DNA from: a virus
Virus record (IMG/VR): IMGVR_UViG_3300025141_000060
Location: 10,991 to 74,990 of that record
DNA: 64,000 nucleotides
Strand: one strand, 5' to 3'
Shown piece after piece: positions 40,612 through 49,965 of the stretch. The notes beneath the pieces were generated by a model. That model did not search any database and had not been told where the DNA came from. It saw only the letters and a list, made by a program, of their open reading frames with translations. Made by a program: the position numbers and the translations under genes. Every line of letters starts with the position of its first letter. Positions within the stretch are counted from its first letter, which is position 1.

Positions 40612-42624
40612 TTAACCTTTAGTAATTTTTATCTTAATCTTCCGTCTTTGGTTTGGAGCTACTCCCTGCTCCTCATCAACAACATAAACTTTCCATCCAG
40701 GAAAAACTAGTCCTGCTGAGGTAAATGACTCAATTTCAAACTTTTCATTATTAGGGTCAACGCCAAGGTCCACAACTCGCTCCATCGCTGCGAAAGAATT
40801 TAATCCGTTAACCGTACTCCAAGGACCCCAATAAACCATCAAAACACCTAAGTCACTTGCTTTATATCTAGGGCTTTCTATATAACCAAAAGGCCCTGAT
40901 TGTTCCATATGAGTGTGGGATCGCCTTCTGGGACCATACTGATCAATGTGCCCCCTAGAGTAGTAAACAATATTTAAAAATCTTCTAGGAACAGGATCCA
41001 AAGCCATCCAAAAGGGAGGTTTTGGTCTATTCGATTCTAAAACTGTTTTAATCATCACCTTTTTTCCCTCTGGTGGGTCTTCTGGGAATTTAAACATATA
41101 ATCTGCGGCATCTAACCAACCTTCCCAACTCCAATTAGAAGCATTCTGATTTTCGCTTGTTAAATCATGCGTCATATCATCGGGAATAATACCCCTCCAA
41201 TTTTGCATAGGTACATTAGGTTGTACAGTTCCTCCCCCAAAAGCGGTGTATCCCATTTTCTTTATTTTGGGAGCCTCTTGTGAAACATTATACGCCCCTA
41301 CCGTTCCCATAACATCGTAAATATCATTACCTACATAAAAGATAGCTGCATCTTGACACCCACCTCCATCAGGACCAGCGGATAAAAAGTAACATGGTGT
41401 ATTTTGGCTAGAGTAGGAACTACTGCAATCTGCATTAGGCCAATTTTGCTCATTATATAAAAAAGAACAACCTCCATACTGTGGGACGTTGAAATTATGT
41501 AAATGAGAAAACCCAGCACCAAAACCTTGAGTAACTAAATTATGGGCATACTCATGCAAAGCCATATTAATATAGCCTCTATTTTCGTGAACATCTTTAA
41601 AATCAGCCCATTTTAAAATACCGTTGTCCCAAGCATCAAAATTCATAGAACCATAACACCCATACCATGGAGATGTAGGATAGTCAGTAGTTGCGTAAGG
41701 TATTTGCCACTCCCTATCATCAGTCATACCCCAATATGGAGTTCCAGGTAAACCCCTAACGGGGCTCAAGAAAATATATAAATGCTTCCTTCCATCATCC
41801 CCTGTTGGAGATGCGCCACCTGCCGTCCAGCAACCTGCAACAATATGAACAATTAAATTATATTCATCAAAATCAGAATCATTTTCAATGGTATCATACA
41901 TTTTAGTTCTAGAGCCTGAAGTGTTACATAATTTATTAAGTAGCGCACTATTGCTGCCACCTTGAACCCCTGCACAATTTGGTCCCGTGTAAGCGGTTGT
42001 GCTTCCACAGGGCTCAGTACCGTCAAACATATACTTCGTTCCTTGGTAAACATCAGGAGAATCACTATTTTTACCAATTAAAGTAATGTTTCCTAAGAAA
42101 GCGGCTCTAAAGGCTTCAGCCCAATCTTTAGATACTACAGTGTCAAGATATGTTTGGTCCCACTTATGCTTGCTTCCGTATTCCTGTTTATCCCTATCAT
42201 TAACTAATTTATATACTTCTTCGGATGGAGCACCAGGGTTAGGACCATTCAAACACATGTTCCCATCACCCATCTTCCATAAAACAATTGCTGTTTTTTG
42301 GTTTTTTAAGAAAAGAGGAGGAGGCGTCTCCGAATTAGGGCCTACCGTCATATTTTGTGTGGGGGTTTCTGGCAATGGTTGTCCACGAAACTGTTCTCCA
42401 TAAGTTTTAGGAAATTCTTCAGCATACTCTAACGCCTTGGCGTAAAAAGCTTTTTCTTCTTCTACCGTATCAGGTAATTCTTTGTTACTATCTGGCAAAT
42501 AACAATGCCACGCTGATTGATAAGGCCAACCAGTTTTGTTGTTTTTTCCATCAGAAAGTATATCCCTACTTAAATATCTCTTTACTGCCCCAGGGCCTTT
42601 AAAAATTCCTCTTCTTCCTACCAT
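40612..42624 (-). CDS. Metzincin-like protease, divergent paralogue 3
   Basis: HEYAHN...GFSH plus DVMG; likely start MVGRRG at 42624. Confidence 0.7.
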   Translation of the reverse strand: MVGRRGIFKGPGAVKRYLSRDILSDGKNNKTGWPYQSAWHCYLPDSNKELPDTVEEEKAFYAKALEYAEEFPKTYGEQFRGQPLPETPTQNMTVGPNSETPPPLFLKNQKTAIVLWKMGDGNMCLNGPNPGAPSEEVYKLVNDRDKQEYGSKHKWDQTYLDTVVSKDWAEAFRAAFLGNITLIGKNSDSPDVYQGTKYMFDGTEPCGSTTAYTGPNCAGVQGGSNSALLNKLCNTSGSRTKMYDTIENDSDFDEYNLIVHIVAGCWTAGGASPTGDDGRKHLYIFLSPVRGLPGTPYWGMTDDREWQIPYATTDYPTSPWYGCYGSMNFDAWDNGILKWADFKDVHENRGYINMALHEYAHNLVTQGFGAGFSHLHNFNVPQYGGCSFLYNEQNWPNADCSSSYSSQNTPCYFLSAGPDGGGCQDAAIFYVGNDIYDVMGTVGAYNVSQEAPKIKKMGYTAFGGGTVQPNVPMQNWRGIIPDDMTHDLTSENQNASNWSWEGWLDAADYMFKFPEDPPEGKKVMIKTVLESNRPKPPFWMALDPVPRRFLNIVYYSRGHIDQYGPRRRSHTHMEQSGPFGYIESPRYKASDLGVLMVYWGPWSTVNGLNSFAAMERVVDLGVDPNNEKFEIESFTSAGLVFPGWKVYVVDEEQGVAPNQRRKIKIKITKG

Positions 42625-42625
42625 A

Positions 42626-44245
42626 TTAAACTCCAACGGGCTCTATTAAAACCTTAATCCTATCTGGCCCTTGTTCATCCGAGGTTCCTGCATTCTCTAG
42701 AACCCTAATGTTTAATGTTTTGTAATTTACCCCATTACCAAGATATCCGTTGTAAGTTGCTGTGGGGGTTCCTGTGGTGGTAATTATTTCTGCATTAAAG
42801 GTTTCCAACGAGCAGCTTCCATAGTTATTCAAATGATTACAATTTGTAATACTAGTATTATTACGGCAAGGACCCCAACTTGTTACAAGAGCACCATTTT
42901 GCCAATAAGGATCTCTATACCAAGCATTTTTTCTATAATAAAGAGCTAAGTATCGGGGCTCTCCAACACCTATAGAATCACATGGAGGAAGCTCAGTAAT
43001 ATCTGCATCCCTTCTTATTTTTAAAAGCATAGGCTTCCCTGTAGCTAACACATCTTGAGTTCTAGGATCATCAAACTTTCTATCCATTGCGTATAAATAA
43101 CCTTCCCAACTCTCCCCGTTAGCTAAAGTTATTGTGTTAGCAGCAGGTAAGTGTGCAACCCCTTGGTTCCCTTCATGAGAAGCCCACATATAAGGCTGCC
43201 CCATCAGACTCTTTTTAAGAGCATCAGGGTGTGGTTCTCGCCAAACACTAAAGTTATTTCTTCCAGGAGTCGCACCCCAAGCCATAGTACTATAATGATC
43301 GGCTCCGCCATAGCTGTAGCTTACCTGGGTACATCTTCCTTCGCCAAAAATAGGCCCGTTTAACCTATGCTCTTCACCACAATCAGTATTTAAATAATAA
43401 GCTGAATCATGTGTGTATCCAATACCATGTAAAATTTCATGAATAGCGACTTGTCTTACATTACCAAACCCTAAAACGCTTGGAGCGAAAGTATCAGAAA
43501 CAGTATCTTGGGGATATGGAGGAATGTTTGAGATTGTAGCATCCTCTGGATCACTCATATAGACAAACAAAGTAGGATCATAGCTCGCTGAACCACCAAT
43601 AGTAACTGAATCACTGCAACCCATAATAATAGCTAATTTCACTTCATAATTAGCATCAGAGTATCCATTATTGTTAAACCAACTTATTATGTTAGGTTTA
43701 ATAGTACCAGCCCCTCCACATGTACACTGGTACTGATTATTAGTACCACAAATAGTTGATGGAATCGAGCCCACAAAAACTGCATCAACCTCAGAAGTAG
43801 CAGATCCTATTAAGGTAGTAGTTCCATAGGTCATATCGGAAATAGCTTCTTGCATCTGCTTTCCAAAAAATTGCCGTATAGCTTCGGGGGTCCACTCATC
43901 AACTACAGCCCCTTGAGGCCCTACAGCCGCAAATTCCGCGTTAAGAGGTGAAGTATCTGGAATAAAAATACCAATTACTGTTCTGAGAGCACCACTTTGT
44001 AACTTATTGCTTCCAGGACCCACTGCTAGAGAAGCTGGTCTTGTCGAAACACTTGGGAAGGCTACTTCAGTATAATCCCCTGACTCATTTCCAGGAAGAA
44101 TACAAGATACTCCTGGTGGGAGATAGTATTGTCCACCACGAAACTCATCCCCCGTGAATCTAGTGCTATAAACCTGCTGCCTCCCTGGAGAGGTTAAATT
44201 TTGCATCCCTGCTGGGGTTAACAAACTTCTTGCTTTTCCTATCAT
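42626..44245 (-). CDS. Metzincin zinc metalloprotease, paralogue 4
   Basis: HEILHGIGYTH plus STMAW. Confidence 0.8.
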   Translation of the reverse strand: MIGKARSLLTPAGMQNLTSPGRQQVYSTRFTGDEFRGGQYYLPPGVSCILPGNESGDYTEVAFPSVSTRPASLAVGPGSNKLQSGALRTVIGIFIPDTSPLNAEFAAVGPQGAVVDEWTPEAIRQFFGKQMQEAISDMTYGTTTLIGSATSEVDAVFVGSIPSTICGTNNQYQCTCGGAGTIKPNIISWFNNNGYSDANYEVKLAIIMGCSDSVTIGGSASYDPTLFVYMSDPEDATISNIPPYPQDTVSDTFAPSVLGFGNVRQVAIHEILHGIGYTHDSAYYLNTDCGEEHRLNGPIFGEGRCTQVSYSYGGADHYSTMAWGATPGRNNFSVWREPHPDALKKSLMGQPYMWASHEGNQGVAHLPAANTITLANGESWEGYLYAMDRKFDDPRTQDVLATGKPMLLKIRRDADITELPPCDSIGVGEPRYLALYYRKNAWYRDPYWQNGALVTSWGPCRNNTSITNCNHLNNYGSCSLETFNAEIITTTGTPTATYNGYLGNGVNYKTLNIRVLENAGTSDEQGPDRIKVLIEPVGV

Positions 44246-44248
44246 AAT

Positions 44249-45244
44249 TTATTTAACCGTAAAGTACATTAAGGGACTTACAATTTTTTCGGCTAACATA
44301 TTGTAAGTTACTTGAACAGAATAAGTTCCTGTTTTACTGCCCAGATCACCAACCTCTAAGTCCGCTGGATTTCCGTTTTTTAAGTCGTTTACAGTATCAA
44401 AAGTGTACACGATTGTATCATCTGATGTTATGGAAACATCAGAAGTTGCACTAACGACAGTAACTCTAGAAGGTAAATTAGAGTCTTCATTATGCTTTTT
44501 GATTACAACCGTAGCACTCGTTATAACGGAGTCTTTAAAAATGTTTTTTATATCTTCATTGATATTTTCATTTTCTACTGTAATCTCTGTTCCAATCTTT
44601 AGATCTGTTTTAGATCCTAAGATAACACGCTTATTATAAAGCCTATTTTTGGAACGTAATAATAGCGGTTCAGTTACTGTAAATACGGTGTTATCATATA
44701 GCTCAAAGTTATTGATGTAAATTGACCAAGCAGAGTCTGTGCTCATTTTAACGGTCCATACATCAATATATCGCCCTGTACTTGAGGTAGCGTTTTGTAT
44801 AACATCCCCATTTTGGTCAAGCCCAGATAAGATACTTCCTAGACCACCATCAAGTACAGAGGCAAATTCACCAGTACCAAGTTTGTATATTCCACTCACC
44901 CCACTACATTGACGCTCAAATACCCCAGCCTCAACCTCAACATTAGGCGCTTCTCCTGTATAATTAGAAGAATCAAAACTTGTATCGGTTCCAAGTTCTC
45001 CCGTCCCGCTTGGACTAAAAACCATCCTAGCTTGTCCTGTCATAGAACTTGCTACGAGCCCCCTATCATCTAAGATAGTATTTGGGGAGAGGTTATTTGA
45101 ACGATCAAAAACGTGTACAGTACTTACAGCATAGGGATCTTGATAAGTTCCATCATTAATAAAATAGGTTCTAAGCATTACTTTAGAATCTACTTGGGGT
45201 CGATTATTTCTATCTGAAACAGGTATATTATTGATTGAGGGCAT
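44249..45244 (-). CDS. Putative structural protein (beta-rich)
   Basis: 331 aa, in the late operon. Confidence 0.55.
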   Translation of the reverse strand: MPSINNIPVSDRNNRPQVDSKVMLRTYFINDGTYQDPYAVSTVHVFDRSNNLSPNTILDDRGLVASSMTGQARMVFSPSGTGELGTDTSFDSSNYTGEAPNVEVEAGVFERQCSGVSGIYKLGTGEFASVLDGGLGSILSGLDQNGDVIQNATSSTGRYIDVWTVKMSTDSAWSIYINNFELYDNTVFTVTEPLLLRSKNRLYNKRVILGSKTDLKIGTEITVENENINEDIKNIFKDSVITSATVVIKKHNEDSNLPSRVTVVSATSDVSITSDDTIVYTFDTVNDLKNGNPADLEVGDLGSKTGTYSVQVTYNMLAEKIVSPLMYFTVK

Positions 45245-45417
45245 CTTTTTCTCTTTGTTTCTCTTCTGCTAAAAGCTCTAGGAAAGTAACTCTTTCCGTC
45301 CTAGTGAGTGTTTTAACATCACTATAGGATAAACCTATGTGTTTCACAAGTATATAGGCTTCACGAAGTAAGTCTGAGACTTCTATGGACCCATTTAATT
45401 CACTGAGAAAAAATTTT
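45228..45417 (-). CDS. -1 frame extension of the upstream gene (gp51 / tail-chaperone GT-like segment)
   Basis: -1 frame is open from the slippery site: FLSELNGSIEVSDLLREAYILVKHIGLSYSDVKTLTRTERVTFLELLAEEKQREKDALNQ*; no ATG in this frame. Confidence 0.7.
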
Positions 45418-46147
45418 CGTCTAGAGGTAGGCTAACTAAATTAGAATTATTACAAGAATCGCACACATAACGAACCGAAGGTTGAACCCCATAATCAGAT
45501 AACATAAGTTCTTTAATCAAAATATGGATATCCATTATAGGAAGCTGAGAAATAACCTTAGAAATTATTCTTTGGTCATCAACTCCGTCAATACTAGTAA
45601 CATACCTCCAGATGTTCTCACTAAGAACAGCGGGATCTAAAAAGTTCTCATCCCCTACTGTCAAAAAAGATACAGTTGCATTCTTTTTAATACCTTTTAA
45701 GAAAACCTCTCGACCCATAAAATTAAAATCTTTAGGGACTGAAACAGATAATAACTTATCAATCTCTAGATTCAACGTATTTTCATAATTACATTGAGGA
45801 CACACAGACCCAACTTTATAATCAGCGCCATAAGATAATTCTCTTACTTTTAGTAATAAAAATAATTTATCTAGTAATAAAAGCTTATCTACATCAACAT
45901 TAGAAACACATTTAGATAGTAGATAATTTGCAGGGTTAAAAGAAGCTGTTCGTGATCCTGTACTTAAAGATTTCTCATCTTCAAAAGTCATAGGCCTAAC
46001 CCGCAATAACCCTTCTTTGCCAAAATAAGGAATACCTCTTGATGGAACTTCAACATCAATCTCAGTTTCTGCTGGTAGATGCTCTAATATAGACGCAATT
46101 TGCTCGTCTTCTGTTAACACTTCTGTTTCTGGAATTTCGTTATTCAT
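45395..46147 (-). CDS. Baseplate hub assembly/tail assembly chaperone (gp26-like) with CxxC pairs
   Basis: VPSRG..Y, RPMT..DE, D..FLLL..R..SYG, CPQC, CDSC, ends ENFF; GAGGA RBS before the ATG at 46147. Confidence 0.8.
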   Translation of the reverse strand: MNNEIPETEVLTEDEQIASILEHLPAETEIDVEVPSRGIPYFGKEGLLRVRPMTFEDEKSLSTGSRTASFNPANYLLSKCVSNVDVDKLLLLDKLFLLLKVRELSYGADYKVGSVCPQCNYENTLNLEIDKLLSVSVPKDFNFMGREVFLKGIKKNATVSFLTVGDENFLDPAVLSENIWRYVTSIDGVDDQRIISKVISQLPIMDIHILIKELMLSDYGVQPSVRYVCDSCNNSNLVSLPLDENFFSVN

Positions 46148-46174
46148 AGTATCCTCTAATCTATAATAGTATGT

Positions 46175-47536
46175 ATGGAAGTACACGTAAATACAATAAA
46201 TTCGACCTTGGTTACTGATAATCCAAAACTAATCAGTGCTTTAGTGGGATTATATTCATTCAAGGTTCCAGGGGCTGAATACTCGCCCCAATATAAGCGT
46301 CGATCCTGGGACGGCAAAAAAAAGTTTTTCTCTAAAAAAGGACAATTTAAGACAGGGCTTCTAGAAAGAGTATTAGCAGACCTTAAAAAAGTAGAAGCAG
46401 AACCCAAAATTATAGATAATAGAAAAATAGTAAATAATAACAAGAACTATGATTTTGAAAAATTTACTTACTATGACTATCAAGAGAAAACTATACAAAA
46501 AGCTTTAGAGAAAAAAAGAATGGTTATAAAAGCACCTACAGGATCAGGAAAAACACTAATCATGGCTGGTCTTGTAAAAGCCTTAGAGGGCAAAAAAATG
46601 GTATTGCTTTTTAACGCCAAGCAGCTTTTAACACAAACATATGAATTCCTAAAGGCGTTGGATATTTCAAACTTAGGTTTGTGTTATAGTGAGGGGTTTA
46701 TTTTAGGGGATATTATGCTTTGTACTGTGCAAAGCATTGAGAAAATACTTGACACACATTTAGATGCTGATGTCTTGATGGTAGATGAGTGCCATGAGTT
46801 TAGTAATGGAAAAACTACCGTTGCAGCCATACAATCCTTCCCTAACGCTAATCATCGCTATGGGTTTACTGCTACACCTCCCGCCAACAATATTAGTAAA
46901 TTTAATCTAGAGGGGGGTTTAGGTCCCGTGTACTCTGTAGCCACAACAAAAGAACTCGTTGATAAAGGGAAACTAACGAAACCAATTATTCAAATAATAC
47001 ATAGACCTTATACTGCTGCATATCAAGATAATAATTTATCTTACCTTGAGATATATAATGAATTTATTATTAATAATTCTTCTAGAAATACTACTATAAA
47101 GGAGATTGTAGATGACATTAAAGAAAAAAACAAAAGAGCCCGTATACTTATACTTACCAAATCACTTGATCACGGAAGAACCTTGGAAAACTTACTTGGA
47201 GGGAGTTGTGAATTCCTCCAAGGGTGTGATTCAATCGGAGAAAGGTATGAAGCTATATCTAGATTCCGAGGATGTGGAGGATCTAGCGTCCTCATTGGTA
47301 CTAAAATCCTCCAAACAGGGGTTAATATTGAAGAAATCACCCACTTCATAAATGCGAGAGGCATGAAATCAGAAATTGCCACCCTTCAGGCGCTAGGTAG
47401 AGCGTTACGGACACATGAAACAAAAGAAAAGGTTTATGTTTATGATTTTTTCGACCAAGAAAAGTACTTAGTCGATCATTCTTTAGAAAGAGAGAAACAT
47501 TATAAGGCTGAAGGCCATGAAATTAAAATAATATGA
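46175..47536 (+). CDS. SF2 DNA helicase (UvsW-like)
   Basis: WDGK, YQ, APTGSGKT, DECH, GFTAT, Q..GR.LR, VYDF. Confidence 0.9.
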   Translation: MEVHVNTINSTLVTDNPKLISALVGLYSFKVPGAEYSPQYKRRSWDGKKKFFSKKGQFKTGLLERVLADLKKVEAEPKIIDNRKIVNNNKNYDFEKFTYYDYQEKTIQKALEKKRMVIKAPTGSGKTLIMAGLVKALEGKKMVLLFNAKQLLTQTYEFLKALDISNLGLCYSEGFILGDIMLCTVQSIEKILDTHLDADVLMVDECHEFSNGKTTVAAIQSFPNANHRYGFTATPPANNISKFNLEGGLGPVYSVATTKELVDKGKLTKPIIQIIHRPYTAAYQDNNLSYLEIYNEFIINNSSRNTTIKEIVDDIKEKNKRARILILTKSLDHGRTLENLLGGSCEFLQGCDSIGERYEAISRFRGCGGSSVLIGTKILQTGVNIEEITHFINARGMKSEIATLQALGRALRTHETKEKVYVYDFFDQEKYLVDHSLEREKHYKAEGHEIKII

Positions 47537-47760
47537 AAACATATAGCGAAATTAATAAAAAGTTATCTAAATTAACAGATCACGATCACCAAAAGGTACA
47601 AGAAATAGTAAAAGGTCTTCAAAATTTTTCTAAAAAGGGCGAACTTTCACCAGAAGGACTAAAAACACTTCAGAATATGCAAACATCCTTAAATACCTTT
47701 GTGGAACAATACTCTGACAGGGTAATTAGGCTATTAAAACAACATCATATGGTAGATTAG
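47533..47760 (+). CDS. Small helical protein coupled to the helicase
   Basis: ATGA overlap with the helicase stop; 75 aa. Confidence 0.55.
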   Translation: MKTYSEINKKLSKLTDHDHQKVQEIVKGLQNFSKKGELSPEGLKTLQNMQTSLNTFVEQYSDRVIRLLKQHHMVD

Positions 47761-47764
47761 TATT

Positions 47765-47995
47765 TTACTCAGGAATATCAATGTCAGGATTTCCCATCTT
47801 AAGCTTTAATCCCCAATTTTCCATATCGCGTCTAGTCCAATTGTCTTCCAGCTTCTCTTCCAGCAGATCTAGCTTATAATTAATACTAGTAAGCTGACTG
47901 CTAATCCAGACCACACCTCCACAAAGGGCAATCACCATGCCCAGCGGCATTAATGTTTCTTTCGAGAGTACGTTTTTTTTATCTTGTGTGCCCAT
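47765..47995 (-). CDS. Small single-TM protein
   Basis: Hydrophobic LGMVIALCGGVVWI followed by a coiled coil. Confidence 0.55.
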   Translation of the reverse strand: MGTQDKKNVLSKETLMPLGMVIALCGGVVWISSQLTSINYKLDLLEEKLEDNWTRRDMENWGLKLKMGNPDIDIPE

Positions 47996-48777
47996 TATTT
48001 TAATCTTCCAATTCTAAATGTAGACCCTGTTTCTAAATGAATGGTTTTGGTTGATCCCATTTCAATAGAGATCGTTACATTCTGTCCTGCCGTTGCTGTT
48101 AATACACATTGGAATGTTCTTTCAACAGGACCTACATTTCCATAAAGTCTTGGAAGAATAGTTACACCTGCTACCCCGTCTACCTTAGCCTTAATAGTTA
48201 GTATATCATTCTGGGCTCCTGCGTCTACGACTAAATTAGCCAGTAGTTCGTATGTTCCTGCCTTAGCAACTACAAAGTATTTATTTGTGTCATCCCAAGT
48301 AATATCATCAGTATCAGATACGATACTCGTAATTGTTGCCCCAAGTCCAAAGTTTTGCTCATCTGTAGAGTCTGTGCCAGCATCATCACATTGGGCATAC
48401 CCAAAAGGAGGAGGATAAGACATTCCATTAAATGTAACCCCAGAAACGGCAGTAGCTGATACACTAGTTCCCGTAATAGCAGGGGAAGTAAGTGTCGTAG
48501 AAGAGACGGTTGCTGCCACAATAGCTCCCCCTGAAAGTGAACCAAACTCAATAGTAGGAGAAATAAGTGTTGTAGAAGAAACATTTGTTCCTGTAAAAGT
48601 TCCACCTATGAAGGAGGCAGCAGATACAGAGGTAGAGGAAACAGAAGGCCATAAACTAAGTGAAGAAACCCCTGTACCTCCGTTAGAAACAGAAACAGTA
48701 TCTTCGCTAGTGAACTCTCCTAAAGCAGATGGGGTTGTTCCACCATACTTAAATTTTACGGGTATTTTATCGACCAC
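47995..48777 (-). CDS. Fibre-like structural protein with a C-terminal C1q/TNF-like jelly roll
   Basis: V.NGGTG fibre motif, Ser/Thr repeats, F.V.KAGTYE. Confidence 0.55.
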   Translation of the reverse strand: MVDKIPVKFKYGGTTPSALGEFTSEDTVSVSNGGTGVSSLSLWPSVSSTSVSAASFIGGTFTGTNVSSTTLISPTIEFGSLSGGAIVAATVSSTTLTSPAITGTSVSATAVSGVTFNGMSYPPPFGYAQCDDAGTDSTDEQNFGLGATITSIVSDTDDITWDDTNKYFVVAKAGTYELLANLVVDAGAQNDILTIKAKVDGVAGVTILPRLYGNVGPVERTFQCVLTATAGQNVTISIEMGSTKTIHLETGSTFRIGRLK

Positions 48778-49225
48778 GACCTCTTCCTCCCGTCATCGGG
48801 ATAGCGTCCCCAGCCGTTATGCCTGTAGCCCCCGTATAGTCTATGTTAGTTGCATTGTTAAGTAAGGTCGCAGTAACAAAATTCCCTAAATTAGAACTAT
48901 TAATCTTTGATACAATCCCCGCTGCGGTTGTGGCTCCTTCAGCGACACCTGCGGTACTCACTGTACCATTATTTTTATCTCCATCAAACTCAAAACAAGA
49001 TAGAACATATCTAACCCCTGCTTGACGAAAAACCCCAAACTTTAAAAAATTACCTTTTCTTCCTCGATAAGGTCCTTTATCGGCTGTTACCTTAAATGCA
49101 GGAGTCTCACTATTAAAAAAAGTTATAGAAGCTTGAACATTGGAGGATTTTGTAATACCAATGCCTCTACCAAAAAACCCCTTAGACGATACAGGAGCGA
49201 CAGTCGTTAAATTTACTATACTCAT
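48767..49225 (-). CDS. Putative structural protein
   Basis: 152 aa, coupled within the operon. Confidence 0.5.
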   Translation of the reverse strand: MSIVNLTTVAPVSSKGFFGRGIGITKSSNVQASITFFNSETPAFKVTADKGPYRGRKGNFLKFGVFRQAGVRYVLSCFEFDGDKNNGTVSTAGVAEGATTAAGIVSKINSSNLGNFVTATLLNNATNIDYTGATGITAGDAIPMTGGRGRGR

Positions 49226-49965
49226 CTAGCATCAGGTAATTGTTGATCCCGTACGGCATTAGCCCGTTTAACTACGCCGTAATTTATAGCAAACAGCCCC
49301 TCAGCTACGTCAGTTTCGTTTTCAATTGCAATCGCACTAATTTTCTGACTTGGCTGTAAAGTAAGTGTAGCCGTACCACCTCCTTGGGCAATAGCACCAG
49401 GAATCCCTGATGTAGTGCTGGAAACACTTATACTTGATACGATTACCCCAGAGGTAGGTCCGTGATCAAAAGCGGATAGATATAATGCTGTTCCTGTACC
49501 TGAAGAGGGTTGAACCCTAAAGAATCCTTTAGATCCACTTAAATCAACTACGGAAACGTAAGGAACTTCAACTTCTGCATTGGACATTGTAACTGTAAAT
49601 ACGCCCGAAGTACCTGTAGGCATTACTGTTGAACAATCAACCCCAGAAGCACCACCGTTTGCATCATAAGCTCCACCAGTAAGCACTCTAACAGTAGTTT
49701 TATTTGTGTTTGTATCAAGTCGTACAGTAATGACCTCAAAAGTACAAGAAGCTGCAACAGGCCAACCCGCTAAGAAACCTCCTGATGCGGTGAAGGATGA
49801 AGTGCCTAGTGAACACGAAGCATCAGAAATGGCAATAGAATCTACAGTAAGCGCAGTGTTTACCAAATCAAACGACGAAGCATTACAACTCCCAGCCCCA
49901 TCAGCAATACGCTTTACTTCAACTAGCTTGCAGACTGGAAGGATTGTTTCTCTGAGATCACTCAC
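49222..49965 (-). CDS. Putative structural protein
   Basis: 247 aa, Ser/Thr/Gly-rich. Confidence 0.5.
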   Translation of the reverse strand: MSDLRETILPVCKLVEVKRIADGAGSCNASSFDLVNTALTVDSIAISDASCSLGTSSFTASGGFLAGWPVAASCTFEVITVRLDTNTNKTTVRVLTGGAYDANGGASGVDCSTVMPTGTSGVFTVTMSNAEVEVPYVSVVDLSGSKGFFRVQPSSGTGTALYLSAFDHGPTSGVIVSSISVSSTTSGIPGAIAQGGGTATLTLQPSQKISAIAIENETDVAEGLFAINYGVVKRANAVRDQQLPDAR

